Positions 7,580 to 15,311 of a stretch of DNA of 25,533 nucleotides are shown here, piece after piece. Source of the stretch: a virus (taxonomy: Duplodnaviria; Caudoviricetes); the IMG/VR virus record IMGVR_UViG_3300044638_004076, positions 1 through 25,533 of that record. One strand, written 5' to 3'. Made by a program: the position numbers and the translations under genes. The first letter of the stretch is position 1. Each line of letters opens with the position of its first letter. The notes beneath the pieces were generated by a model. It did not search any database, was not told the origin of the DNA, and saw nothing but the letters and a program-made list of their open reading frames with translations.

Positions 7580-7791
7580 AGAAAGACACCCGCCCATCAG
7601 CCAGCCGCGTAGCCGCCCACCGTGCGCGGCTGCGCGAGCAGGGTCTGCGCCCCTTGGAAGTCTGGGCCTATCCAGAGCATCATCCAGCCATCAAGGAGTT
7701 TGCCGCCAATGTTCAAAGACAATCCGAATTGGCCGTTCGGCCGGATGCGCAAGCCGGTGAAGCAGAAGCGGCAGAAGCGCTACCCGAGTGA
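7576..7791 (+). CDS. Small basic DNA-binding protein (DUF3018/ribbon-helix-helix-like)
   Basis: SASRVAAHRARLREQGLRPLEVW pattern; last gene of the cassette. Confidence 0.7.
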   Translation: MKKDTRPSASRVAAHRARLREQGLRPLEVWAYPEHHPAIKEFAANVQRQSELAVRPDAQAGEAEAAEALPE

Positions 7792-7809
7792 TATGCCGCC
7801 TGCGCCGTT

Positions 7810-7953
7810 TTAGCGCGCCTCCATCCACAGCCCAACATTGGCCAGCGCGTACCCGGCAAACGCCAGTGCTAGGCCGGTCTGGCCGGAGCGGTACAGGTCG
7901 GTGGCGATAACGGCGTAGACGACGCCGACAGCGGCGATCAGGGCGGCGCTCAT
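7810..7953 (-). CDS. Small two-helix membrane protein (47 aa, MSAALIAAVGVVYAVIATDLYRSGQTGLALAFAGYALANVGLWMEAR), not in ORF track
   Basis: Read manually; two hydrophobic segments; GYALANVGL resembles a recurring small phage protein; last gene on the late strand. Confidence 0.75.
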   Translation of the reverse strand: MSAALIAAVGVVYAVIATDLYRSGQTGLALAFAGYALANVGLWMEAR

Positions 7954-8012
7954 TTGGTGCAAATATTGACAACACTCATTACTAATCAGCCTCTGCTTAA
8001 ATAGGATTGATC

Positions 8013-8186
8013 ATGGACAAAGTTGCTAGATACCATTCAATCGTTGATGCAATTCATCTAGCGGTAGACGCCGAGCAGCCGGAAGGCGGGCCGCACCCTT
8101 ACACAGAGCGGACGGAACGATGTCTGTACGTCGTCTACAAGCTGCTCCAAGAAGCCCTTGAAATTAAGGTCGACCCGAACGCCTAG
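8013..8186 (+). CDS. Hypothetical protein (57 aa, MDKVARYHSIVDAIHLAVDAEQPEGG...EIKVDPNA), not in ORF track
   Basis: AGGA upstream of ATG 8013; AT-rich upstream region; convergent with the 422-aa gene, 23-nt overlap. Confidence 0.55.
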   Translation: MDKVARYHSIVDAIHLAVDAEQPEGGPHPYTERTERCLYVVYKLLQEALEIKVDPNA

Positions 8187-9432
8187 CCGCTTCGACGTAT
8201 GGCATGACTCGGTCTAGAAGCCCTTGATTTACTAATTGCAGTGGCTTGGATCTTTCAAACGCCATGCGGTCGCCCTCCACGGGCATTCCTCTGGCTCGCC
8301 GTTCGTTAAAAAAGTCTTGCCACAACATTGTGTGCGGTACCGGGATATCCATCCCGCCAATCACAGTGCCATGCAATTGCGCGGGATAAGTCTTGTGCGG
8401 CAACTTTGGCAACTTGTTAATTGGGAAAGATGTATCAATTTTGCCAACGGAGTAGCCACCGTGATAGAGCGGAACATTTTCAAGAGCAGGCTCCATAATT
8501 GACTTTCTGATTGCAGTGATATCAGGAAAGCCTGCATTTCTGAATTGATCAAGTTGCATGCGATCCAAAAACGCATGTCGAAGCTCTCCGTTAGCGCGTA
8601 ATTGTTCAATTGCCTGCGGAGAGTCAATCCCAGCAAATTCAGGGCGAAACGCACGCACTGAGTTATCAAACTCTTTTTTGGCTTTTTTTGTAATCTTCCC
8701 GCTTTTAATCATTTCAAGCGCAGCGTCAGTAGGCATAGTGCTGAAATTGAGCGAGTTGTACCCCATTGGCACATACATCAAGTTTGCGTTGCCACCCATA
8801 GATTCCGCTTGAACTGCTCGGTTCCTAAGTGCGCTCACAATAGATTGCCCGCTGGCCCATATTGTTGAATCAGGCCCACCCTTGGCCCCATGCGTCAGCA
8901 TAAAATCCGGCCCGCCCTCTAGCTCTACTGGGTTGTTAAACTTGACGCCCTCAACCTCAGTCAGCAACTTCCCGGCTGCGGTTCTGTCACCAACTGCGGG
9001 CACAATGTATTGCCCCTGTAGGTCTTCAAGCGAAATGTTTTTCCTGGCCGGCAGGTTTTTAATTGTTTCGGTAGCAAACGATATATCTTGATATGGCTTC
9101 TCTAATTTCTTACCCAAGCCAATGGGATGCCAATATCCAGCTGCTCGCGCCTCTTGAGCGCTCATTTTTGGCACGGCAGCTTTGCCCAGCAGCCCGCCAA
9201 TAGCCACTAAAGCATCCGGCGCATTGGCCGCAGCCTTGAAGATTCCAGCGGGCGCGCCGAAGCCGGGCATGTTGCCAATGGCCTGCGCAGTCCGATACGC
9301 CTCCTCGTTGGCATAGGTTGGCTTATCCAACCCAAGGTAGCCACGCGCAGCGCCACCGACCATTGATGCAAACGGGTCGCCCACGTATTGCCTGTACGCA
9401 TCCAACAGCCCAACGCCACGCCTATCTGCCAT
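8164..9432 (-). CDS. Unknown 422-aa protein: Gly/Ala-rich GLL-containing leader plus globular C-terminal domain
   Basis: GGAGG RBS; long ORF; leader resembles ejection proteins; no family recognised for the C-terminal domain. Confidence 0.85.
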   Translation of the reverse strand: MADRRGVGLLDAYRQYVGDPFASMVGGAARGYLGLDKPTYANEEAYRTAQAIGNMPGFGAPAGIFKAAANAPDALVAIGGLLGKAAVPKMSAQEARAAGYWHPIGLGKKLEKPYQDISFATETIKNLPARKNISLEDLQGQYIVPAVGDRTAAGKLLTEVEGVKFNNPVELEGGPDFMLTHGAKGGPDSTIWASGQSIVSALRNRAVQAESMGGNANLMYVPMGYNSLNFSTMPTDAALEMIKSGKITKKAKKEFDNSVRAFRPEFAGIDSPQAIEQLRANGELRHAFLDRMQLDQFRNAGFPDITAIRKSIMEPALENVPLYHGGYSVGKIDTSFPINKLPKLPHKTYPAQLHGTVIGGMDIPVPHTMLWQDFFNERRARGMPVEGDRMAFERSKPLQLVNQGLLDRVMPYVEAARRSGRP

Positions 9433-10389
9433 CTAAACCTCCATCAGCTCGCCACGAAACTCAACCACACCCTCGCTCACCACGTTGACCACCTCGGGCC
9501 ACAGCAGGCGGCCACCGCGCCAGGTCATCACCACAAACCCCGAGCGCCAATCCGCTGGCGAATCCTCCCGGTACATGAACGCCGGCCAATCCGGCTCAGC
9601 CAGCATCCCGGTGTCCACGCCGTATGCGGTGCGCCTGTCGGCGTATGCCGAGATAGGCATAACTTTCAGGCTGTGCAGGTGGCCGGTAACGAACGACATA
9701 CCCATTGAGCCGCGCACGTTGTTGGCAGGCGCGTACATGCCGCCCCTGTAGCGGTGCTTGATCACCGTGTCGTCGTTGACCCGTAGCGACCAGCAAAATT
9801 GCCACTCTGGGAACAGCGTGCGCAAGTCCAGCCCTGGCATGTCTGCAAGCTGCGGGGCTTGAGTGGCCAGGTAGGTATGCAGCCGGATGTCGTGGTTGCC
9901 CAGCGTCCAGATGCGCAGCGCACCTTTTGATAACTCAGCAATCTCCGTCAACCGCTCCTGGCATGCGCGCAGTTCTGCGGCAGGTGTGTGCGGCTTTTCG
10001 CCAAAAATCGCCGGGTGCCGGCTGATGCTTGCACCGTCCAGCGCGTCGCCGTTGCACACAACAAGCGCGGGGCGCAACTCGGGCAGCAACTTCAGCAGGG
10101 CGCGATTCGCAGTTGAGATACAGTCTGGCTGAAAGTGGGCGTCCGAGAACACCACCGCGCGACCGTCTGTGATCGTTGTGCTGATGCGCCCGATGCTGCG
10201 CTCCACCATTGCCTTGGTTGGCACGCCCTGTGCATCCATGGCCGACTTGGCCGGAGCAACGCCTACAGCACGCATGCGCGTCACCATTGCGCGCGTGGAC
10301 ATACCAAACTTTGCCGCTAGTTTTGCTGGGCTTTTGGTTTCGCGTAAAGCCTCCAGCAACTGCTCATCCGTGAACTTGCGCACAGCCAT
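9433..10389 (-). CDS. Calcineurin-like metallophosphoesterase with N-terminal HTH
   Basis: SDAH, NGDALD, GNHD, KH and GHLH motifs; N-terminal SPAKLAAKFGMSTRAM. Confidence 0.9.
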   Translation of the reverse strand: MAVRKFTDEQLLEALRETKSPAKLAAKFGMSTRAMVTRMRAVGVAPAKSAMDAQGVPTKAMVERSIGRISTTITDGRAVVFSDAHFQPDCISTANRALLKLLPELRPALVVCNGDALDGASISRHPAIFGEKPHTPAAELRACQERLTEIAELSKGALRIWTLGNHDIRLHTYLATQAPQLADMPGLDLRTLFPEWQFCWSLRVNDDTVIKHRYRGGMYAPANNVRGSMGMSFVTGHLHSLKVMPISAYADRRTAYGVDTGMLAEPDWPAFMYREDSPADWRSGFVVMTWRGGRLLWPEVVNVVSEGVVEFRGELMEV

Positions 10390-10643
10390 CAGGCACCTAT
10401 CTCGCCCGCAGGCTCTAGCACTTCAATCGTCTCAATCATCCCGGTGGGAATCTCGGTCACATGCGCGTGGCCGCCGTCGGTGAGCGTGGCTACCACCTGG
10501 CACCAGTTCTCATCCAGGTGCACAAGCCAGCCCACAGTGAGGCAGATGTGCATGGCTTTGCGCTTTGGTGGCCGGGGTTGCTGGCCTTCTTGCCAGTGCG
10601 GGGATGTCGACATTGCTGCGTCCGTCCACTTCACCCGCACCAT
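10389..10643 (-). CDS. Small beta-rich phage protein (WxDA...TVGWL type)
   Basis: MVRVKWTDA...CLTVGWLV...IPTGMI; TGATG coupled to the phosphoesterase; start may be GTG 10688. Confidence 0.7.
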   Translation of the reverse strand: MVRVKWTDAAMSTSPHWQEGQQPRPPKRKAMHICLTVGWLVHLDENWCQVVATLTDGGHAHVTEIPTGMIETIEVLEPAGEIGA

Positions 10644-10653
10644 CACCGCAGGC

Positions 10654-10860
10654 TTAGATCCGCTTTTTTTCTTCTTGCTCGTAGTCACGCGCACAGAACT
10701 CCAAAAGCTCAGAAACCCGCAGCAAAGCGGAGCCAGCTCGCAACGCGGTAATCCGCATGCCGATAGGCACCGGGCCGTCGCAAGCCACTTGAATGTCGAA
10801 CGTCGGCCCTTGCGCTTGGGCCGGAACCATCGCGGCCACAAACGCAAAAGCGGCTTTCAT
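10654..10860 (-). CDS. Small protein with signal-peptide-like N-terminus (68 aa)
   Basis: ATGA overlap with the endolysin stop; MKAAFAFVAAMVPAQAQ; two Cys. Confidence 0.6.
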   Translation of the reverse strand: MKAAFAFVAAMVPAQAQGPTFDIQVACDGPVPIGMRITALRAGSALLRVSELLEFCARDYEQEEKKRI

Positions 10861-11921
10861 GGCTGATCGCTAATGGGCGTTGCGCCCAGCCCTCTGGAGC
10901 GGCTTGTAGTGAACGAGGAACCAAGCCAGAAGCCCGCCACAGCGCCCAGGACGCCTGTGACGACGCTCGATGCAATGGCTGCACGCAGTTCACTGGTGAA
11001 CCCATCCCCGCCCGTCAGTACCGCGTACACGGTGCCGTAGAGAAGCGGCAGCAGGGCGAGACTGATCCAGAACGCCGGCATGCGGATAAAGCTGGCCCCG
11101 TCTGCCGCAGTCCTTGCGGAAAACTCGCGTGCGGCACTGATGCCCCCGCCAATCTCTTGCAGCTCGTACCACATGGCCTGCACGGCTTCCGTCGCCTGCT
11201 TGCGCATCTGCGGATCGGCCTGCACGGTTTCAACAGCGGCCTGCAGGTTGGCCGTGTTGGTGGCCGCAATCACTGTCTCGGCAACCTTCTGCGCGATGGC
11301 CGCCGTCTTATCTGTTCGCGGCCCAGATCCAAACAGCTTGGCAATCTCGGGGATGGCAGAGATAAGGCTCGGCATGAGCGCCGCGACGATTGGGGCCATA
11401 GTTTGTTCCACGTGGAGCGCAGCCACCGGCTGCATGGTTGGGAAGTCGCCAATCTCTGGCGTAGCGCTAGGCGCTACATCGGCCCGCAGGAACAGTGCGC
11501 GTTCAGCAGCACGTCTGCGCACTAAGCCTGGCAGTTGCTTGCCAGCGGCATACGTCCAGCGTGCAAACTGCTCGGCAGCACCCGCGTAGTTGTGGGCGTT
11601 CAGCAGGCGCAGCAGGGTGGACTTGCGCAGCGCCTCCGCGCCCAGGTTGTAAGCAAAACTTACAAGTGCGGCAAACTGGTTGGAGTTGAGCGGCACGCGC
11701 ACCATGCGCTCGACTTCGCGCTCGAAAGCCCGTAGATCACTGCGCAGATATTCCTCGGCCTGCTCTGCGGTGATCTGCTCGCCCATCTGCACCTTGTAGC
11801 CCGTGGGATACACAGTGGTACCGTAGCCAATGGTTGGAACGCCTGCGGGGCACCGATACGCGCGCAGCCGCAGCCCTTCGAACTCTTTTATAAGTTCGAC
11901 GCCGGCCTGGTTGGTGAACAT
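10857..11921 (-). CDS. Endolysin: GH24 lysozyme fused to a holin-like membrane domain
   Basis: E15-x8-C24-x5-T30 triad (EFEGLRLRAYRCPAGVPTIGYG), ALVSFAYNLG, GLVRRRAAE; C-terminal half has two TM helices ending FWLGSS. Confidence 0.92.
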   Translation of the reverse strand: MFTNQAGVELIKEFEGLRLRAYRCPAGVPTIGYGTTVYPTGYKVQMGEQITAEQAEEYLRSDLRAFEREVERMVRVPLNSNQFAALVSFAYNLGAEALRKSTLLRLLNAHNYAGAAEQFARWTYAAGKQLPGLVRRRAAERALFLRADVAPSATPEIGDFPTMQPVAALHVEQTMAPIVAALMPSLISAIPEIAKLFGSGPRTDKTAAIAQKVAETVIAATNTANLQAAVETVQADPQMRKQATEAVQAMWYELQEIGGGISAAREFSARTAADGASFIRMPAFWISLALLPLLYGTVYAVLTGGDGFTSELRAAIASSVVTGVLGAVAGFWLGSSFTTSRSRGLGATPISDQP

Positions 11922-11924
11922 CGG

Positions 11925-12191
11925 CTACTTGATGAACTTGGCACCAAACTGCGCAAGCGTGAACAGCACCATCGCGGCGAGCCACACACCGACGCCACGG
12001 TTCACCCACTGATCGACCTTGCGATCGGTTTTGACAATGGCCGCTTCGTTGACTGCGATTTTCGTCTCGCAGGCACCGATACGCTCACCTTGTGTCGTCT
12101 GGCGCTCTTCGATTAGCACCAAGCGCATTACCGCGTCGGTGAGCTTGTCTACCTTGGCTTCCAAGCGCAGGAAATCGGGATCGGCAGTCAT
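11925..12191 (-). CDS. Holin/XhlA-like coiled-coil protein with C-terminal TM helix
   Basis: Heptad-like N-terminus, TM GVGVWLAAMVLFTLAQF; directly upstream of the endolysin. Confidence 0.7.
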   Translation of the reverse strand: MTADPDFLRLEAKVDKLTDAVMRLVLIEERQTTQGERIGACETKIAVNEAAIVKTDRKVDQWVNRGVGVWLAAMVLFTLAQFGAKFIK

Positions 12192-13162
12192 GCTGCCTCC
12201 AGCGCGGCAACGCGGGCACGCAGCGATTGCAGCTCGGCGATGATGTTGGCGATGAACTCGGCGCTGCCGTACTCCATGCTCTGATATCTAGGCGAACCGT
12301 CGTCGTTCACCGCGTCTTTTTCACCGCACACACTGCGCGGCGCAACTTGTGCAACTTCATGCGCAATGAATCCGACCCCTTGGGAGCCGTCACCAACCCA
12401 TGTCCATGTCTTTGGCTGCAAAGCATCAATAAACGCGCCGCTGCCAGTCAACGGTTGCGGGCTGCTCTTTAGGCGGTAGTCCGATGCGGAGTTGTATGAA
12501 GTTGTTGCGCCGTTAAGCGAAACCGAACCCGAATACACGGTGGATGTGCCGATATTCGCGTAGAAATCCATCGCAGCACCGACATTGTTCCAAGTCCCAG
12601 TCGCAATGCCGACGTTTGATGCGCTGGTTGGGATCAGTTTTGCGTTTGCAGATGAGCCGCCGAATGTTGTTGTTGCGGTGCCAAGCAAAAACTGCCCGTC
12701 AGTTGAGAATCGAGCGCGCTCTGGGCCGCCAGAGCCAACGTAAATAATCAACGGCAGCGCCGTACCGCTACCGGTATTTGCTGACGTCAGGCTTGTGGAA
12801 GTGGAGGAAATGCCAAGCCCAACGTAACCCGCATTGGTCGGGTCTGAGTTGTTAAACGCAGTGAGCGCAGACACCGTGCCGCTGCCATTCGGCAATACAT
12901 TGACACCCGTCGCGCCATTGGTTGTGCTGGTCTGCAGCGATGTCCGGTTCGTCAGCGTCGCGTTGCTAAAGTCGCCCTGTATCCGCGCGCCCGTGGCGCT
13001 GAACGTGTAGGTGGTGGCCGATGTGCCTGCCCGCGTCTGGGCGATAAAAGACGCATGGGCGCGCAGGTAGTCGTCTATCGTTCCCCTGGCCGACTCTGCG
13101 CCTGCCGGTGAGTTAGACGCCGCTGTGGTGGACAGGTCGGTGATGGCTGATGGTACGGGCAT
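12188..13162 (-). CDS. Tail fibre/spike with C-terminal S74 intramolecular chaperone
   Basis: SDYRLK cleavage motif, GFIAHEV, terminal coiled coil ELQSLRARVAALE; Ser/Thr/Gly-rich shaft. Confidence 0.9.
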   Translation of the reverse strand: MPVPSAITDLSTTAASNSPAGAESARGTIDDYLRAHASFIAQTRAGTSATTYTFSATGARIQGDFSNATLTNRTSLQTSTTNGATGVNVLPNGSGTVSALTAFNNSDPTNAGYVGLGISSTSTSLTSANTGSGTALPLIIYVGSGGPERARFSTDGQFLLGTATTTFGGSSANAKLIPTSASNVGIATGTWNNVGAAMDFYANIGTSTVYSGSVSLNGATTSYNSASDYRLKSSPQPLTGSGAFIDALQPKTWTWVGDGSQGVGFIAHEVAQVAPRSVCGEKDAVNDDGSPRYQSMEYGSAEFIANIIAELQSLRARVAALEAA

Positions 13163-13175
13163 GGTTCATCCGGGC

Positions 13176-13219
13176 AAAAAAATAGCGCCGGCATCGGAGT
13201 TCTCCGACAGCGCGGCGCT
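13176..13219 (-). terminator. Intrinsic terminator-like hairpin upstream of the tail fibre gene
   Basis: Minus strand AGCGCCG..TCGGAG-aa-CTCCGA..CGGCGCT followed by A and T7. Confidence 0.65.
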
Positions 13220-13260
13220 GGGTGGCGTGGCAGGATGTGGCGGTTATAGAAAGGCGTCTG

Positions 13261-13410
13261 ATGGATAGCGAGCAGTACTACAGAATCCTGGCGGTGGCGG
13301 CCATCTCTGCGGTTGTGCCGACCGTTGTGTCACTGATTCAGCAAGCCTTGCAGCGCAGGGCTGAGCGCAACACCACCCGGCACGGCAAGCCTGCGAGCCG
13401 CGTCCGATAG
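13261..13410 (+). CDS. Small single-TM protein convergent with the ejection gene (49 aa)
   Basis: MDSEQYYRILAVAAISAVVPTVVSLIQQALQRR..; AAAGG and TATAGA upstream; basic tail. Confidence 0.55.
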   Translation: MDSEQYYRILAVAAISAVVPTVVSLIQQALQRRAERNTTRHGKPASRVR

Positions 13411-15309
13411 CAACCCATAGCCTGCACCTTGGCGTCCGGTGAGCAGGTTGGATAGCGCACGCTGACCGGTGGCGGTGTAAGCCAATGCGGGCACTGCACC
13501 CAGAGCCAGCCAAGGGTTGATCGTGACGGCCCCGCCCGCAGCGCCACCGGCGATGGCTGCAGGAAGTAGGCGGCCAGCAGTACCGGAGTCCGGCGTTCTT
13601 TGAGCCAGTACAGACTTGCCAGCGTCCGACAAGTCCTGCATCAGCGCATCACCTCTTGCGAATCGTGATCGCGTCGGGTCAAGCGCCCGCACTGCGTTTT
13701 GCAGTTGCGATGCAGAGAAAACCCCATCATTGGCACCAACAGACGACGCTGCACGCTGAGTGCGCAGGAAGTTTGCGTAGGCAGTATTGGCCGCCCTTAC
13801 AGCATCCGCTGCACCCCGCGGTGCTTGGCGCTGCACCGCATCTCTCAGTGCCGTCTGCGCTTCCGAAATTGCCTGGCCAAGTTGACGCTGATCAAAATCA
13901 AGCGATCTGCCATACCCTCGAGCCATCTGCCCGAGCTGACTTTCAGCGGCCTTCATTGCCTCCGGCGTCAGTATGCCGTTCTGCGCCCTGTCGGCAACCT
14001 CGGTCTGCAAGAGTCTCGAAAACTGATCCGCCGTCTCTTTCGGCAAAAAGGTTAGCCTGTTCTGCAGTCCGGTAAGGGCGGTCGACAACTGTGGATCAAG
14101 TCGAATTGGCCCGACCGCATTCAGCGCGTCGTCGTAAGCCTGTCCGATGCGCTGCCCAACAAAGCGCACTGCGTCTCTGCCTGCAACGCCATCCGGCAAT
14201 TGCTCGCCAAACGGAGCAAGCGCCCGATTAAATGCAGCGCGGTTAAATTGCTCATTCGCCCTGCCCTGACCGCTAGCGATAGCAGAGCCAAGCAACGGCA
14301 CGCTGGTCAGCTTTTCTTCTGCCGTCTTGAAGCCGCCGCCCATGATCTGGCCAATGGTTGGCGTGACGCCTTCGCGCTGCAGTAACGCCACCTGCGGGTT
14401 GACGGTGGGAGATATAGCGCGGCCCAACATGTTGCCAACCGGGCCAGCAACAGCGCCGCCTAGCGCGCCGGCTTTCAGTTGCCCTAGCTTTTGCTCGCCA
14501 AAGTTGCCGCCCATGACTGGCTGCAGCGCACCGGACAGCGCGCCGCCGCCCGCGCCAAACGTGGCCGCCGCACCAAGCGTGCCGCCAGCCGGAAGCGCCA
14601 TTGTCAACGGCAACGCACTTGCGACGTTTCCAAACATGCGACCGAAATCAAAGTCGGTCTGGCCGCCGCGTACGTTGGTCTTGTATTGCGCGTCTTGCTG
14701 AGTGACGTACTTGTCGAACTCGGCGGCTTTGTTTGCAGCACCAGGCAAGCCGACAGCAGCACCGGTTTGGGTAAACAGCTGGCCCAGCGCGTTTATAGGG
14801 TCTGCAATGCCTTGGGCTACGCCTTGCACGCCACGCATGAAGGCACCGGGGCGCTCTTGCTCTTGGGCTTGCGCCATTGCCGACATAAGCTCGCCAGACA
14901 AATCCCTGCCGCCTTGTGATTGCGTGCCGGAAATTTCCGCAGACAGATCGCGGCCTTTTGATTGGGCTGGTTGTTTTTGCACGGCGTTCACATAGTTTGC
15001 GGTTTCGGCAGGCATTGGTTTGCCGTTCACTCCGTATCCCGTTTTGAGATACGCACGCATGTTGCCCGGCCCCCAGTTGTACGCACGCAATGCGTCTTCA
15101 ACAGAACCAAACTCGGTGTACAGCGAAGTCAGGTACTTCCTTGCCGCTTCTCTAGATTGGCCTTCATTAAACGGGTCAATGCCGAATTGCTTGGCCGTTC
15201 CTGGCATGAACTGATAAGCGCCCATTGCACCGGCCTTTGACACGGCGCGAGGATTGCCGCCAGACTCGGCCATTCGCAGCCGATCTAGCAATTCGTCTGT
15301 GATTGCCAT
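13330..15309 (-). CDS. Ejection/internal virion protein with N-terminal lytic transglycosylase (SLT) domain
   Basis: AESGGNPRAVSKAGAMGAYQFMPGTA...AYNWGPG...ETANYV; Gly/Ala-rich body. Confidence 0.9.
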   Translation of the reverse strand: MAITDELLDRLRMAESGGNPRAVSKAGAMGAYQFMPGTAKQFGIDPFNEGQSREAARKYLTSLYTEFGSVEDALRAYNWGPGNMRAYLKTGYGVNGKPMPAETANYVNAVQKQPAQSKGRDLSAEISGTQSQGGRDLSGELMSAMAQAQEQERPGAFMRGVQGVAQGIADPINALGQLFTQTGAAVGLPGAANKAAEFDKYVTQQDAQYKTNVRGGQTDFDFGRMFGNVASALPLTMALPAGGTLGAAATFGAGGGALSGALQPVMGGNFGEQKLGQLKAGALGGAVAGPVGNMLGRAISPTVNPQVALLQREGVTPTIGQIMGGGFKTAEEKLTSVPLLGSAIASGQGRANEQFNRAAFNRALAPFGEQLPDGVAGRDAVRFVGQRIGQAYDDALNAVGPIRLDPQLSTALTGLQNRLTFLPKETADQFSRLLQTEVADRAQNGILTPEAMKAAESQLGQMARGYGRSLDFDQRQLGQAISEAQTALRDAVQRQAPRGAADAVRAANTAYANFLRTQRAASSVGANDGVFSASQLQNAVRALDPTRSRFARGDALMQDLSDAGKSVLAQRTPDSGTAGRLLPAAIAGGAAGGAVTINPWLALGAVPALAYTATGQRALSNLLTGRQGAGYGLLSDAARRLAVPGGVALSPALQGLLNQ

Positions 15310-15311
15310 GT

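Noticed and set aside
7576-7791. MazE-like antitoxin of a TA pair
   Set aside because: No PemK/MazF-like toxin gene is adjacent.
7966-8002. Sigma70 promoter for the 57-aa ORF (TTGACA at 7966-7971)
   Set aside because: No acceptable -10 hexamer at 16-18 bp spacing, so it was not called.
12188-13162. Diversity-generating retroelement or invertible tail-fibre system
   Set aside because: No reverse transcriptase, invertase or TR/VR repeat pair seen in the window.
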